Origin: Saprolegnia diclina VS20
Taxonomy: Eukaryota
Length of the DNA: 64,000 nt
Reading direction: 5' to 3'
Assembly (NCBI RefSeq): GCF_000281045.1
Contig: NW_008246084.1
Span: forward strand, 405,769 to 469,768
Part shown: positions 12,686 to 23,058 of the stretch, piece after piece
Layout: the number at the start of each line of letters is the position of its first letter
Position numbering within the stretch: the first letter of the stretch is position 1
Position numbers and translations under genes: made by a program
Notes under the pieces: model-generated
Told to the model about the DNA's origin: nothing
The model's database searches: none
The model's input: only the letters and a program-made list of their open reading frames with translations

Positions 12686-13477
12686 TTATCGAGTATGGCG
12701 AAGGGCTACGAGGGCGTGCTGTTCGCTCAGAAGCAGTTGGTACAAGGCCTCTTTGCGCTGGTCTAATCTCGCGTACGCCTCAAGCCGCCGCTTCACGCCC
12801 AGTGGGAGGTTGCTGCTCGGGCCAAACACACGGCCAAATTTGGGGCCCACGAGCATCTCGATCTTCTGCGCCATGTCGACCTTGCGCGTGTAGGCGCGCA
12901 CCGAGCTGTCGAGCAGTGGTGGCCCCCTCGGCAAAGGATTGCTGGTCGCCGACGCTTGGCGCGAGAGCTCTTTGGTTGGCGCCAACGTCCCATTGGCTTT
13001 GGACGACGACTCGTGCGCCTTGGCGACGAGCGTCATGGGCGGCAGCGTCGCAGTGACAGGGGCGGTCGGCTGCAGTGGAAGCGGCTCTGGTACCGCAGGC
13101 TTCAGTGCTGCGGCTACCGGTGGCTGCGACAGCGGCGGCGGAAATGCACTCTCCCTCGGACCCACGTAATGTGGCCGTGCTTCGTAGTACGGTCGGGCTA
13201 CCGGTCGCGATGGCAGCTGCACCACCAGCGGCTTTGTCCAGTAGGTCGTCGCCATTGGTGTCGGTGGCGGCGGCCTGATCGTGGGCACGGCCGACGCAGT
13301 CAACGCCGTCATGGCGTCTGCAAAGGAGGACGATGACACCGACGACGACGGTGCGCAGAGCTGGGCAAACGAATGCCCGGATGACGCTGACGCGCACGGG
13401 TCCTGTCCAGGAAAGTACGTGTCGTACTCGAAGAGCGCGCGGTGCGTCTCGAAGAACGCACGTGCGTCCGAGGGCAT
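12686..13477 (-). CDS. Hypothetical Pro/Ser/Thr-rich protein with a helical C-terminal region
   Basis: Single 263-aa ATG-initiated ORF with host-like GC3 codon usage, lying between other genes. No family recognised. Confidence 0.6.
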   Translation of the reverse strand: MPSDARAFFETHRALFEYDTYFPGQDPCASASSGHSFAQLCAPSSSVSSSSFADAMTALTASAVPTIRPPPPTPMATTYWTKPLVVQLPSRPVARPYYEARPHYVGPRESAFPPPLSQPPVAAALKPAVPEPLPLQPTAPVTATLPPMTLVAKAHESSSKANGTLAPTKELSRQASATSNPLPRGPPLLDSSVRAYTRKVDMAQKIEMLVGPKFGRVFGPSSNLPLGVKRRLEAYARLDQRKEALYQLLLSEQHALVALRHTR

Positions 13478-13683
13478 GAGCCAAAGACGTTACAATCTCA
13501 AGCAGCACCAACCCGCGAACCGCCTGTGGGCCTCCGACGCTAATGCACCAAGCTCCATGAAACACGCAGAAATGGCTTGTCCATGAAGCCACGACCCGCA
13601 GAGGACGACATCTTCGTGCAGAGCCGACGAGGTGGCATGGCCGCTTCGTTGATTACCGGACGCGTCGTTTCATTTGACATAAG

Positions 13684-14307
13684 ATGCCGGCGACGTTTGA
13701 AGAGCCCGATGAGGACGCGGACGACCCGCAGATGTTCGAGCACAAGCTCATCGAGCCGATCCTTCCGTGCCGCGACCCGGTCGGCGAGAAGGGCGTCTTG
13801 AGCCTGCACGCGCACCCGGCCGTCCGGGTGGCGATGGCCGAGTGTTTGCAGCTCGGTGGTGAAAACGACGTGCGCATTCTCCACGACGTGGACGTCGACG
13901 AGCCCGTGCTGGAGCTGGTCGGGCCCGAGACGCGGCTCGTGCTGCACACGAGCAACGTCATGCGGTACCTCGTGCTCTTTGTGAAGAACCTGGACGCGTT
14001 CTTCACGTTCGAGCTCGAGCTCCTCGACACCAAGCGCGAGTACCGGACGCTCACGATCACGAACGCGCGGAGCCTCGCGCGCGTAAACGCAAGCCACTGC
14101 CAAATGCCCTTGGCGCTCGGGAAAGGCTGGCAGTACCTCTGCATGGACTTGCAGAGCATTGTGCTCGAGGCCTTTGGGACGCAGCACGTGTCGACGGTGC
14201 AGCTGCGGATCCTCGCCACGTGCCGGCTCTTGCGCGTCTTCTTCCAGGACGTGCGCTACAGCGACGCAGAGCTCCCGCCCGACCTCTCGCTCCTCGAAGG
14301 CAACTGA
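13684..14307 (+). CDS. CFAP20/BUG22 (DUF667)-domain protein, divergent paralogue
   Basis: YLVLFVKNLDAFFTFELELLD...RTLTITN...CQMPLAL.KGWQYLCMDL...AFGT...LRI.ATCRLLRVFFQD..YS..ELP matches the CFA20 domain pattern. The N-terminus is atypical and the start is uncertain. Confidence 0.85.
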   Translation: MPATFEEPDEDADDPQMFEHKLIEPILPCRDPVGEKGVLSLHAHPAVRVAMAECLQLGGENDVRILHDVDVDEPVLELVGPETRLVLHTSNVMRYLVLFVKNLDAFFTFELELLDTKREYRTLTITNARSLARVNASHCQMPLALGKGWQYLCMDLQSIVLEAFGTQHVSTVQLRILATCRLLRVFFQDVRYSDAELPPDLSLLEGN

Positions 14308-14341
14308 GATAGAGCATGGTCTTGTTACGTACTTACATGAC

Positions 14342-15490
14342 TTATTCGGGCTGCGAGAGAAAGTCGTCCAAGACGTTATTGACTGTGTCTTGGTCGTTGA
14401 AGGTGAATGAGGTCGACGCCGCCGTGGCGTTGGCCGGCGTCGTCGCATTGGCCGTTGTCGTCGTCGGAAGCATGAACCCGGCGTTGGCGTACTGCATCAT
14501 CGTGTTCATTGCTGGGTTGAACGAGCCAGGATACAGCTGCGCGTTGGAGAAGGCTTGCTGCTGGAGCAAGTTGAAGTTGTACATATTGAGCTGTGCTTGG
14601 TGGACCGGGTCCATCGGGTTGAAGAGGAGCTCCGACGTCGCATTGCCGCTCGTCGACGGCATTTGGAACCCGCTGAGCGAGCTCATGTTGGCCATGACCA
14701 TCGACGGATTCGAAAAGAGAGCTGAGAGATCCGCTGTGTTCGTAAAGCCTACACCACGGCGGACTAGGTATATCAAGGGAAGGATCAAGTCTACCGGCCG
14801 CGTTGAGCTGCATGGGAGTCGTCGCTGGTGTCGCGCCTTGCTTGGGCTGCTGCACCGTCTTTTGCTGCTGCACGGCCTGAGCCTGCGCTTGTGCTTGTTT
14901 CTGCTGCAGTTGCTTTTGCTGAAGCTGCTGTTGTTGTTGCTGCTGTTGTTTTTGGAGCTGTTGCTGCTGCTTTTGCTGCTGGAGGGCTGCTTGCTGCTGC
15001 TGCTGGAGCTTCTGTTGCTGCAGCGCGGCTTGCTGCTTGGCCAGCGCCTGCTGCTGTTGCTGAAGAAGCTGCTGCTGCTGCGCTTGTACAGGCGATTGCG
15101 TCGGCGCGACTGGCTTCGAGGTCGTCGGCGGGGGACTCTGGCGTGGGGATGGCGTCGTCGTCGATGGCGCGGTCTCCTTCTTGGCAATCTACCGCGCCAT
15201 GAGACGTCCGTGCGAAGGAATTGCCTACCTGGTCGTCGGCCATCGCGGCCAAGCGCTCCAGCGACCGTGAGATCTGCTCCTTGTAGCGCACGCACTTGAC
15301 GTGCCATTCCTTGTACTCGGCCGTCTTGTCCGTGCTGGCTACGAAGACGAGGCTCCATGAGGCGGAGGCGGGAGGATGCAGCATGCGTCGTACGCCGGCC
15401 CTCGAGGAGCGTCTTCCACGTCTGGAGCATCTTGTCGTTGGCCTCGAGCATCTTCTGCACGTCGCCGGCCCGGAGCGTCGTCGTCGTCAT
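14342..15490 (-). CDS. SS18/SSXT (GIF)-like glutamine-rich transcriptional coactivator, multi-exon
   Basis: Spliced N-terminus VQKMLEANDKML...KCVRYKEQISRSLERLAAMADDQ resembles the SSXT/SNH domain (IQKxLDEN...CxxYQxxLxRNLxYLAAIAD). It is followed by a CAG/CAA poly-Gln tract and a Q/N/M/P-rich tail ending SQPE*. Confidence 0.7.
   Translation of the reverse strand: MTTTTLRAGDVQKMLEANDKMLQTWKTLLEGRRTTHAASSRLRLMEPRLRSQHGQDGRVQGMARQVRALQGADLTVAGALGRDGRRPGRQFLRTDVSWRGRLPRRRPRHRRRRHPHARVPRRRPRSQSRRRNRLYKRSSSSFFSNSSRRWPSSKPRCSNRSSSSSSKQPSSSKSSSNSSKNNSSNNNSSFSKSNCSRNKHKRRLRPCSSKRRCSSPSKARHQRRLPCSSTRPVDLILPLIYLVRRGVGFTNTADLSALFSNPSMVMANMSSLSGFQMPSTSGNATSELLFNPMDPVHQAQLNMYNFNLLQQQAFSNAQLYPGSFNPAMNTMMQYANAGFMLPTTTTANATTPANATAASTSFTFNDQDTVNNVLDDFLSQPE
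14865..15080 (-). repeat. Imperfect (CAG/CAA)n coding repeat, poly-Gln tract of the SS18-like gene
   Basis: Runs of ctg/ttg on the + strand read as CAG/CAA in the spliced minus-strand frame. Confidence 0.8.
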
Positions 15491-15976
15491 CGCTGCCAAG
15501 ATCGAAACCCCAAACCTTCGGTATACCAATCAAAGCAGATAATTGCCGACTCGACGCACTAAATGCACGCAACAAAAGCCCACTGCACCTCGCGGGGGCT
15601 ACCTTCACACGCGCGTGTTGGCACGTGTCACCCGATTAGGATGACACCGCAGTGGCCTCTTGATTCCCGTGCTCATGGTAGCGCGAGGCTTCCTGGAGCG
15701 CGCTTGAGAATGCGTTTATGGTGATGGGAGAAAGGTCAATTGTTTGCTCATTTTCAACCAGCTTCCAACGTACAGCGCTCATGCAACTGGTCGCACCGCC
15801 GACGCAAGCGCAGCAACGAACGAGCGATGGACAGCGCCGTGTGGTGTACAAGTGAAAGCCCTTGGCACTACTCGCGCTACGGGGCCCGGCCCTTTTTCGT
15901 GGAGGTGAGTAAGTTGCGTGCATGTAGCCAGTTGAAATGGCCGTCGGCCAATGAAATCGTGACAAAGGCTTTGAGC

Positions 15977-16294
15977 ATGCTCTCCACAAACGGCAAGGTC
16001 GTCGCCCACGCTGCGGTCGCGGCCGAGATGGAGGCCCTCCCCAAGAGCATCCAGGAGGTGCTTGGCCTCATCGACCAGCCGCTGCGCGTCGAGATCTCGG
16101 ACGGGCGCATCCTCATCGGCTCCTTTCACTGTCTCGACCACGAGAAGAACCTGATTTTGACCGAGACCAACGAATATCGGTACGCCAACCAAGACGACGA
16201 CGAGCTGCCGCAGGTGCCATCCAAGCGCTTCCTTGGCATGACGCTCGTGCCCGGCCGCCACATTGTCAAGGTGAGCCAGCTCGCGATCGCGTGA
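15977..16294 (+). CDS. Sm-like protein, NAA38/LSMD1 (Mak31, NatC auxiliary subunit)-like
   Basis: Sm1 LRVEISDGRILIGSFHCLDHEKNLIL.ET.EYR and Sm2 RFLGMTLVPGRHIVKV. Start is ATG 15977 or 16028. Confidence 0.85.
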   Translation: MLSTNGKVVAHAAVAAEMEALPKSIQEVLGLIDQPLRVEISDGRILIGSFHCLDHEKNLILTETNEYRYANQDDDELPQVPSKRFLGMTLVPGRHIVKVSQLAIA

Positions 16295-16776
16295 ACGCCC
16301 GTCCCACCGACTCCTTCCACCGCAGACTAGAAAAAACTAACTTAAAATCTCAAACCCCTCGTTTGGGCCAAAGACGCCTGTCTGCTACGGCGGCTTGTTC
16401 GCTGGCCAGAGCTTGCCATGTCAAGAACGAGCTGCCCACGCCGAGTCTGAGCTGCATGCCGAACGAAGCAGCTCGTATTCTTCGACCATTCATGGCTGCG
16501 TTTCCTTGTCGTAGCCAAGCGCACAAGGCTGGCGCTCCAGCCACGCCGCTGCATGGAGCTCCAAGCAGTGGCGTCTTTAACGTCATGCGCCTGGCCAGGT
16601 ATTAAGGGCACACCCTTGTTCATAAGCTCGTTTCTTATCTGAAACTCAATCAGAATCGCATCTCAATCGGTTTTGTCCGGATGCGACTGTTATAATATCC
16701 GGCGTGCCAGCTGGACGTTCGTTTTTTCGCGTGTGGGGCCACAGTTCAGATAAGTTACTTATCGGCGTGGACGACG

Positions 16777-17505
16777 ATGGCAGCGCGGACTGCTTGCATG
16801 GTGGCATGGCTCTTCCTCGCCATGAGCATGGTCTCGTCCTTGATGGTGGTCGTGCCGGGCCGGTCGAAGGAGTGCTTCATTGAGTACGTCAAGACGAAGC
16901 GCACGGCCTTCTTGCGCATTGCGGTTGTCGAGAGCCAGGAGCTGTACGACATTCGGCTCACGGCGTACGGCCCGTTCGCGATGCCGCCAACGGAAGAGCA
17001 GACGGACATGAACTTCTTCAACTCGCTCGTGACGACGACGCCGCCCAACGAGAACTCGAACGACGTCCAGCACAATGGGTTCAACTTTGACACGGAGCAC
17101 CGCGGTGGGTGGTACAAGTTTTGCCTCGGGAACGAACACTCGTCGTACGAAGGCAAGAAGGTCGACTTCTCGACCAACTTTGGCCTCACAAAGGAAGACG
17201 AGCTCGGCCACGAAGACGAGTGGGAAGCCGCGACCAAGCAAATGCACGTCGAGACGGTCAAGGGCTCGCTCGAGCACCTCCGGGAGCTCTTTGACCTTAT
17301 CAAGTACGAGCAAAACTACTACCTCATGCGCGACAAGCGACACCACAAGACGGCCGAGAGCAACCAGTCGCGCATCTTTTGGTACACGTCGATCCAGGTG
17401 CTGCTGGTCGCGGTGGTCTACGGCGTCCAGATCCGCCTACTTAACCAGTGGTTTAGCGGCAGCGGCGGCCTCCTCTCCACGACCAGCAGTCGCCAATGGG
17501 CGTGA
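16777..17505 (+). CDS. p24/emp24/gp25L (TMED) GOLD-domain cargo receptor
   Basis: Signal peptide, VPGRSKECFIE, GWYKFCLGNEHS, coiled coil, EQNYYLMRD..H..TAESNQSRIFWYT, TM helix and short tail. Confidence 0.92.
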   Translation: MAARTACMVAWLFLAMSMVSSLMVVVPGRSKECFIEYVKTKRTAFLRIAVVESQELYDIRLTAYGPFAMPPTEEQTDMNFFNSLVTTTPPNENSNDVQHNGFNFDTEHRGGWYKFCLGNEHSSYEGKKVDFSTNFGLTKEDELGHEDEWEAATKQMHVETVKGSLEHLRELFDLIKYEQNYYLMRDKRHHKTAESNQSRIFWYTSIQVLLVAVVYGVQIRLLNQWFSGSGGLLSTTSSRQWA

Positions 17506-17563
17506 TATAACAAGTTATGGAACACGAGAGTGCACATGGCAGCGTATATCTCTATGTTGCTGC

Positions 17564-18708
17564 TTACACAACGTCCTGGAGCGAAATGCCAAGCGCCTGG
17601 AACTTGGCCTGCTGCACCTGAAGGAGCTCCTGGAGCTTGAGACCAAACGCCGGGTCCTGCGCAAACTGGTTGATGGCCGCGTTCATGACCTAAGTGATGC
17701 TGAGCCTTGGAGATGTGAGCTATGTAGGAATGCACCGCTTCGTCAATGCCCACTTCCTGGTGGATCTCTTCCGTGTACTGCTGCGTCTTGCGCAAGTACC
17801 TACGCGGCACGTTCATGAGGTTCACAGAGCAACGGACGACGATGCGTACGCTTCCTGCCACATCTCCTTCTCGGCGTTGACGTCCTTCAAGCCGTTGGCC
17901 TTGGCTTCGTCAATGGCCTCTTCGATCGCGCGACCGATCGCGCTGAGGATCTTGGCCATGACGTCGAGGGCCTTCTCGGGCGTAAAGTCTTCCGGGACCG
18001 ACACGTTCACCTGCGCGAGCGGGCTAGTGCAGTCTCGTGAGCTTCGTGCAACGCAGAAGTGAGTGGGTCGTACCTGTTTTGGATGACCTGTTCGAGGCGC
18101 TGGATCGCGGCAACGACGTCGGCGTCGTGCTGGAATTCGGCCATTGCCTTCTCAATGCCCTCCTGCGAGAAGCGGTACTTCTTCGAGAGCTCTTGGTCGG
18201 CCATTTGGACGGCGTGGCCGAGGCGCTCGATCAAGACCTGGTGCACCTGCTCTTCCGAGATCTGCTGGCCCGTCGACGTCGCGTGGTGAATGACCTGCTC
18301 GGCCAGCTGCGGCAATTGGCCCTACGCGACGCATGAGCGGTATAGCCATCGAGCTATTGCTGTGCGTACAACAAGGTGCTCAATGTTGTGCGCGAGCTCG
18401 AGGAAGTAGTTGACAAGGTTCTCCTTGCTGACGTCACCGGACGCCGACGCATCGATCCAGATCTTGCCAACGCCAAGGACGGCGAGGCCGGCGGCGATAC
18501 CGATCGCGACCGTCGCGAGGTCGCCCTTGACGTGGGCCGGCGTCGCGCGGGCAGCGCGGGCCGTCGAGAAGGCCGCCATCGACGCCGTCGACGGGGCCAT
18601 CGCAGGCAAGGACGCGATGCGCGACGAGGCGATCGAGACAGCAGACGTCGACTTGGCGGCCAGCGGCTTGGCCTTGTTCATGCAGCGGACAGCGCGGGCG
18701 AACGACAT
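17564..18708 (-). CDS. Uncharacterised protein with mitochondrial-presequence-like N-terminus, one TM helix and a duplicated helical domain, multi-exon
   Basis: ATG 18708 gives an Arg/Ala/Ser-rich, acid-free N-terminus (MSFARAVR...AAFSTARAARA), then hydrophobic VAIGIAAGLAVLGV. Exons join through GT-AG introns to TAA 17564-17566 (...ISLQDVV*). Confidence 0.7.
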
Positions 18709-19208
18709 GGTCGAAAAGAAACTCGACGAACGAGCCATTCGATTGCGTCGACGCCTTCGAACTTCGATTCAAACTTCGACTATGGCGCCAAAACACTGAA
18801 GTTGAGCAACAGCACCACAATGGCCGGCAGTGCTAGTACTCGAAGGCTCTCGCGCGATACGAACCGAGGTTAAAGCCGTTGGCCATGCGCAACCGCTTAC
18901 GAAGACAGCCCATGTTGGTGAACGTGGCGTGGGTTGCCGGCGCCTCCTGTCATCGCTTTATCGTTTCACATGCGAGGGCGTTGGCCAAGGGAGCTCGCTG
19001 TCGTGGGCTCTTCATCTCGGTCGCTCTCGACTCGAAGCTAGCAAACGTACGCATTTTGCGGTGGAGTGTCCGTAGGGCTAGGCTACCCAGTGGTTGTTGA
19101 CTGTCGGTTCAATCGCTGTTTGCAACGATATATTTTGGCTCGTTGACGAGATTTACCAAAGAAGACAAGAGCTTGACGCAGTATAAATAGCCGGGCACTA
19201 ACCGATAT

Positions 19209-22200
19209 ATGGCAGCGATCGAAACCGAGTACCGGCACGTGTACATCGCCGACGCGCTCCGCAACGCCGCGCTCGGGCACGCGTCCAACTACGTGCGCAC
19301 GGCCAAGTACTCGAGCTGGAGCTTCCTCCCGCTCTTCCTTTTCGAGTCGTTCCAGAAGGTCGGGAACGGGTACTTTCTACTCGTCGCCGTCCTCCAGTGC
19401 ATCCGCGCCATTAGCAACACGAACGGCGTGCCTGCGACCTTGCCGACACTCACCTTTATCCTCTGCGTCGACGCCACCTTTGCGATACTCGAGGATCTCA
19501 AGCGCCGCCGCGCCGACCGCATCGCCAACGGCCGCGCCACGCGCAAGCTCGCGGCCCATGGCGCTTTTGTCGAAGTGCTTTGGGCCGACATCCGCGTCGG
19601 CGACATTCTCGAGATCCGCAACCACGAGCCGATCCCAGCCGACGTCTTGCTCCTGAGTGTCCCCAATGACGTGGGCAGTAGCACGTGCTATGTCGAAACC
19701 AAGTCGCTCGATGGCGAGACCAACCTCAAGCAGCGCCAAGCCGTGCCGACGACGCAGCATGCGACAACACCGTCGACGCTCTCGGCCTTGCGCGGCCACG
19801 CGACCGTCGAGCGACCAAATCACAGCATCCACACGTTTCAAGGTGTCTTGCATGTGGTCCACGCGTCCGATACGACGCCGGCCGCCTTGTCGACATCCAA
19901 CATGCTCCTGCGCGGGTCGACCTTGCAGAGCACGGCCCGTGTTTATGGCCTCGTCATCACCGCGGGCATGGAGACGAAGAGCATCAAGGGCAATCGGCCG
20001 ACGCCGTCCAAGCGCAGCGCGCTCGAGCGACGCATCAACTTGTACGTGCTCGCGCTGGTCGGCCTCCTCGTTGTCTTTTGCACCGGCGCCGCCACCGCCA
20101 GCGTGCTCTGGACATCCTCGGCGCAGTCGGCTCACTACCTCGGGCCAGAGTTGCGCGCGAGCTGGGTCGTCACCTTCTTTTACTACTTTCTCCTCATGTA
20201 CCAGTTCGTGCCGATTTCGCTGTATGTTTCGATGGGCACGGCCAAGTTTGCGCAAGCGAGGTTCATCGAGTGGGACCTCGGCATGTACCACGCCAGCAGC
20301 AACACCCCGGCGGCCGTGCGCTCGATGGGGCTCAACGAAGACCTCGGGCAGATCTCGCACCTCGTGACCGACAAGACCGGCACGCTGACGTCCAACATAA
20401 TGCAATTTCGCAAGTGCAGCATCAAGGGCGTCGCGTGCGGCGCGCGCTGCGACCGCCCCAAACCGATCAAGCGCAACTCGACCAAGGTCCACGTGCCCAT
20501 GTCGTCGCCAGCCTTTGATGAAAGCGCGCTCGTGGAACTGACCAACATTGCCCACAGCCCCGACGGCCGGCGCTTCTTCATCCTGCTGGCCGTGTGCCAT
20601 ACGGTGCTGCAGGACGAAGATGGCGCGTACTCGGCTGCCTCGTCCGACGAGCTTGCGCTTGTGCTCGGGGCGAAAGCGGTCGGCGTGGTCTTTACGTCGC
20701 GGTCGCCGACGACCATTAGCATCACGGTGCACGGCAACGAGCTCACGTTTGACATCCTCGCCGTCCTCGAATTTGACTCGAACCGCCGACGCATGTCGAT
20801 CGTGCTGCGGGATATCGCCAACGACGTGATCGTGGTCTACACCAAAGGCGCCGACGTCAACGTGGCGTCCGTCTTGCGTCGTCCTCTCAGCGAGAGTGCA
20901 GTAACAATGCGCGCCGACACGATGCGACACGTGCAAGACTATGCAGGCGAAGGTCTCCGAACACTCCTCTGCGCGTACAAGGTCGTCGACGAAGCGTGGT
21001 ACCTTGGCTGGGCCGAGCGGTACGCGGCCGCGGCTCAGTCACTACCGGATGTCGACCGGCGGCAGAAAGGCCTTCCGAACGCCATCGACAAGTGCTTCGC
21101 CGAGATGGAAGCCGATTTGGAGCTGCTGGGTGCGACGGCGATCGAAGACAAGTTGCAGGATGGCGTTGGCGAGACGCTCCAGGCGCTCCGGGCCGCCGGC
21201 ATCAACCTCTGGATGCTCACAGGCGATAAGGAAGAGACGGCCATCAACATTGGCCGCGCGACGCATCTCATTTTGCCAGAAATGCGGTGCCTTGCCGTCT
21301 CGGAAGCCAGTGCAACCTCGGCGGCGCTTGCTTTGGCCGAGCTCACGGCACTCAGAGCGCAGCTCGAGGCCCGGGGCGCCATCACCATTGCCCGCCCTAC
21401 GCGCCCCCCGCCAGGACGCCGCCGCACCACGAGCGCCACCTCAGTCACGGACTGGTCCAAGTCGCGCTGGACGTTGACAGCGTCGCGGATCTCGATCCGT
21501 GCGCCGTCCGTCGTCGCTGAGACGGGCCACGCGCTCATCGTCACGGGCGCGATCCTCGACCACGTGTTCTCGAATGGCGCGTGCTCCGACATGTTTGGGG
21601 CCGTCGCTGAGCGCTGCTCGACGGTGATTGCGTGTCGCGTGTCGCCGGCGCAAAAAGCGAGCCTCGTGCGCCTCCTCATGCGCTTGGATCCCACGAGCCG
21701 CGTGTTGGCGATCGGCGATGGCGCCAACGACGTGCCGATGCTGCAGGAAGCCCACGTCGGCGTGGGTATTTCGGGCCAAGAAGGACTCCAAGCCGTCAAC
21801 GCAAGCGACTATGCAATCGCCCAGTTTTCGTATTTGCGGAATCTGCTCCTCGTGCACGGTCGCTCCAACTACGAACGTATTTCCAAGCTCGTCTTGTACA
21901 TTTTGTACAAGAACATTCTGTTGATCACGGCGCAATTCTGGTTTGCACTCTTCACCGGCTTTTCGGGTCAGAAACTGTACCTCGAAGTCGGCGTCCAGCT
22001 CTACAACGTCGCGTTCACGTCGTTGCCGATTGTGCTTCTTGCGGTGCTCGACGCCGACTTGCCGCGGGAGCTTGTTTTGCAGCTGCCGTTTCTCTATAAG
22101 GCCGGACCGAACCACTTTCACCTAAACCACGGTCGGTTTGCCATTGCAATTGGCTCGGCGCTTCTCGAGTCCCTTTGCCTCACGAGCTGCGCGGTCGCGG

Positions 22201-22757
22201 CGCTCGAGAAGAGCGATGTGCATGGTGCATCGCCGGGGCTGTGGCTCCTTGGCATGGTCGTGCTCACGAGCGTCATCGTGCTCGCGAACCTCAAACTCGT
22301 GTGGTGGCAGCATGCGATTCTACCGGCGAACGCACTCGCCTATATCTCGTCGATCGGGCTATGGGGGGTTATAGCTGTTCTCTGCTCCGAGTGGTTTTTC
22401 TTATCGGGCTTTGCGTGGGAGCGCATGATGGACGTTGGGACGTCGCTTCCGGCGGTGTGGCTCACCTGGCTCTTGGTGGTCGTCACGCTGCTGCTGAGCA
22501 CGACCGTTGCACTACGCGCCTTTGCGACCATGGTCCACCCAACGTGCAGCGACATTGTCAAGGAAATCCAAGCGTTCCGCGCGCCCAACGCCGACGTTGG
22601 GCCGCTCGTACAAGGTCTGGTCAACAGTGTCAAGGCGGTCCCTGCCACCGACTCAAAGAGCCCGGCGCGCCTCGCGCCGAATCCATCCCTGCTGACGATC
22701 CACGACAACTCGGGCAGCTCGCGAGCGATTTTGCATCGCCAGGACGACCAGGCGTAA
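19209..22757 (+). CDS. P4-type ATPase (phospholipid flippase)
   Basis: Intronless 1182-aa ORF with TAKYS, CYVETKSLDGETNLK, VPISLYVS, DKTGTLT, EFDSNRRRMS, KGAD, AIEDKLQ, LTGDKEETA, CRVSPAQKA, AIGDGANDV and GISGQEG.QAV.ASDYAIAQF. Confidence 0.96.
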   Translation: MAAIETEYRHVYIADALRNAALGHASNYVRTAKYSSWSFLPLFLFESFQKVGNGYFLLVAVLQCIRAISNTNGVPATLPTLTFILCVDATFAILEDLKRRRADRIANGRATRKLAAHGAFVEVLWADIRVGDILEIRNHEPIPADVLLLSVPNDVGSSTCYVETKSLDGETNLKQRQAVPTTQHATTPSTLSALRGHATVERPNHSIHTFQGVLHVVHASDTTPAALSTSNMLLRGSTLQSTARVYGLVITAGMETKSIKGNRPTPSKRSALERRINLYVLALVGLLVVFCTGAATASVLWTSSAQSAHYLGPELRASWVVTFFYYFLLMYQFVPISLYVSMGTAKFAQARFIEWDLGMYHASSNTPAAVRSMGLNEDLGQISHLVTDKTGTLTSNIMQFRKCSIKGVACGARCDRPKPIKRNSTKVHVPMSSPAFDESALVELTNIAHSPDGRRFFILLAVCHTVLQDEDGAYSAASSDELALVLGAKAVGVVFTSRSPTTISITVHGNELTFDILAVLEFDSNRRRMSIVLRDIANDVIVVYTKGADVNVASVLRRPLSESAVTMRADTMRHVQDYAGEGLRTLLCAYKVVDEAWYLGWAERYAAAAQSLPDVDRRQKGLPNAIDKCFAEMEADLELLGATAIEDKLQDGVGETLQALRAAGINLWMLTGDKEETAINIGRATHLILPEMRCLAVSEASATSAALALAELTALRAQLEARGAITIARPTRPPPGRRRTTSATSVTDWSKSRWTLTASRISIRAPSVVAETGHALIVTGAILDHVFSNGACSDMFGAVAERCSTVIACRVSPAQKASLVRLLMRLDPTSRVLAIGDGANDVPMLQEAHVGVGISGQEGLQAVNASDYAIAQFSYLRNLLLVHGRSNYERISKLVLYILYKNILLITAQFWFALFTGFSGQKLYLEVGVQLYNVAFTSLPIVLLAVLDADLPRELVLQLPFLYKAGPNHFHLNHGRFAIAIGSALLESLCLTSCAVAALEKSDVHGASPGLWLLGMVVLTSVIVLANLKLVWWQHAILPANALAYISSIGLWGVIAVLCSEWFFLSGFAWERMMDVGTSLPAVWLTWLLVVVTLLLSTTVALRAFATMVHPTCSDIVKEIQAFRAPNADVGPLVQGLVNSVKAVPATDSKSPARLAPNPSLLTIHDNSGSSRAILHRQDDQA

Positions 22758-23058
22758 GGCAAACTGAAGGCATGCAATGGTTTGGAACTCGTGACGTGGC
22801 AGCCCCAGGATCATTTGCGACATGCCTCGGCTGCGAGGCGGTTTGCAGGCCTCCATCATCGCTGCAAGTGTGTGTGTGGGCGGCTATGGCTGTGACGGTG
22901 AGCGTCGCACTAGTCCAGTGGTCTTGTGGCGCTGATGCACAACGAGTCCGAACAAACCCATTGCATGTCAACTGGTTCTAGAATGTATGTTTTAAACATA
23001 GTGTTTAAAACATGTTGCAGTGTTGACAGCGATCCAAACAATGCTTTCCGCACCTGCC

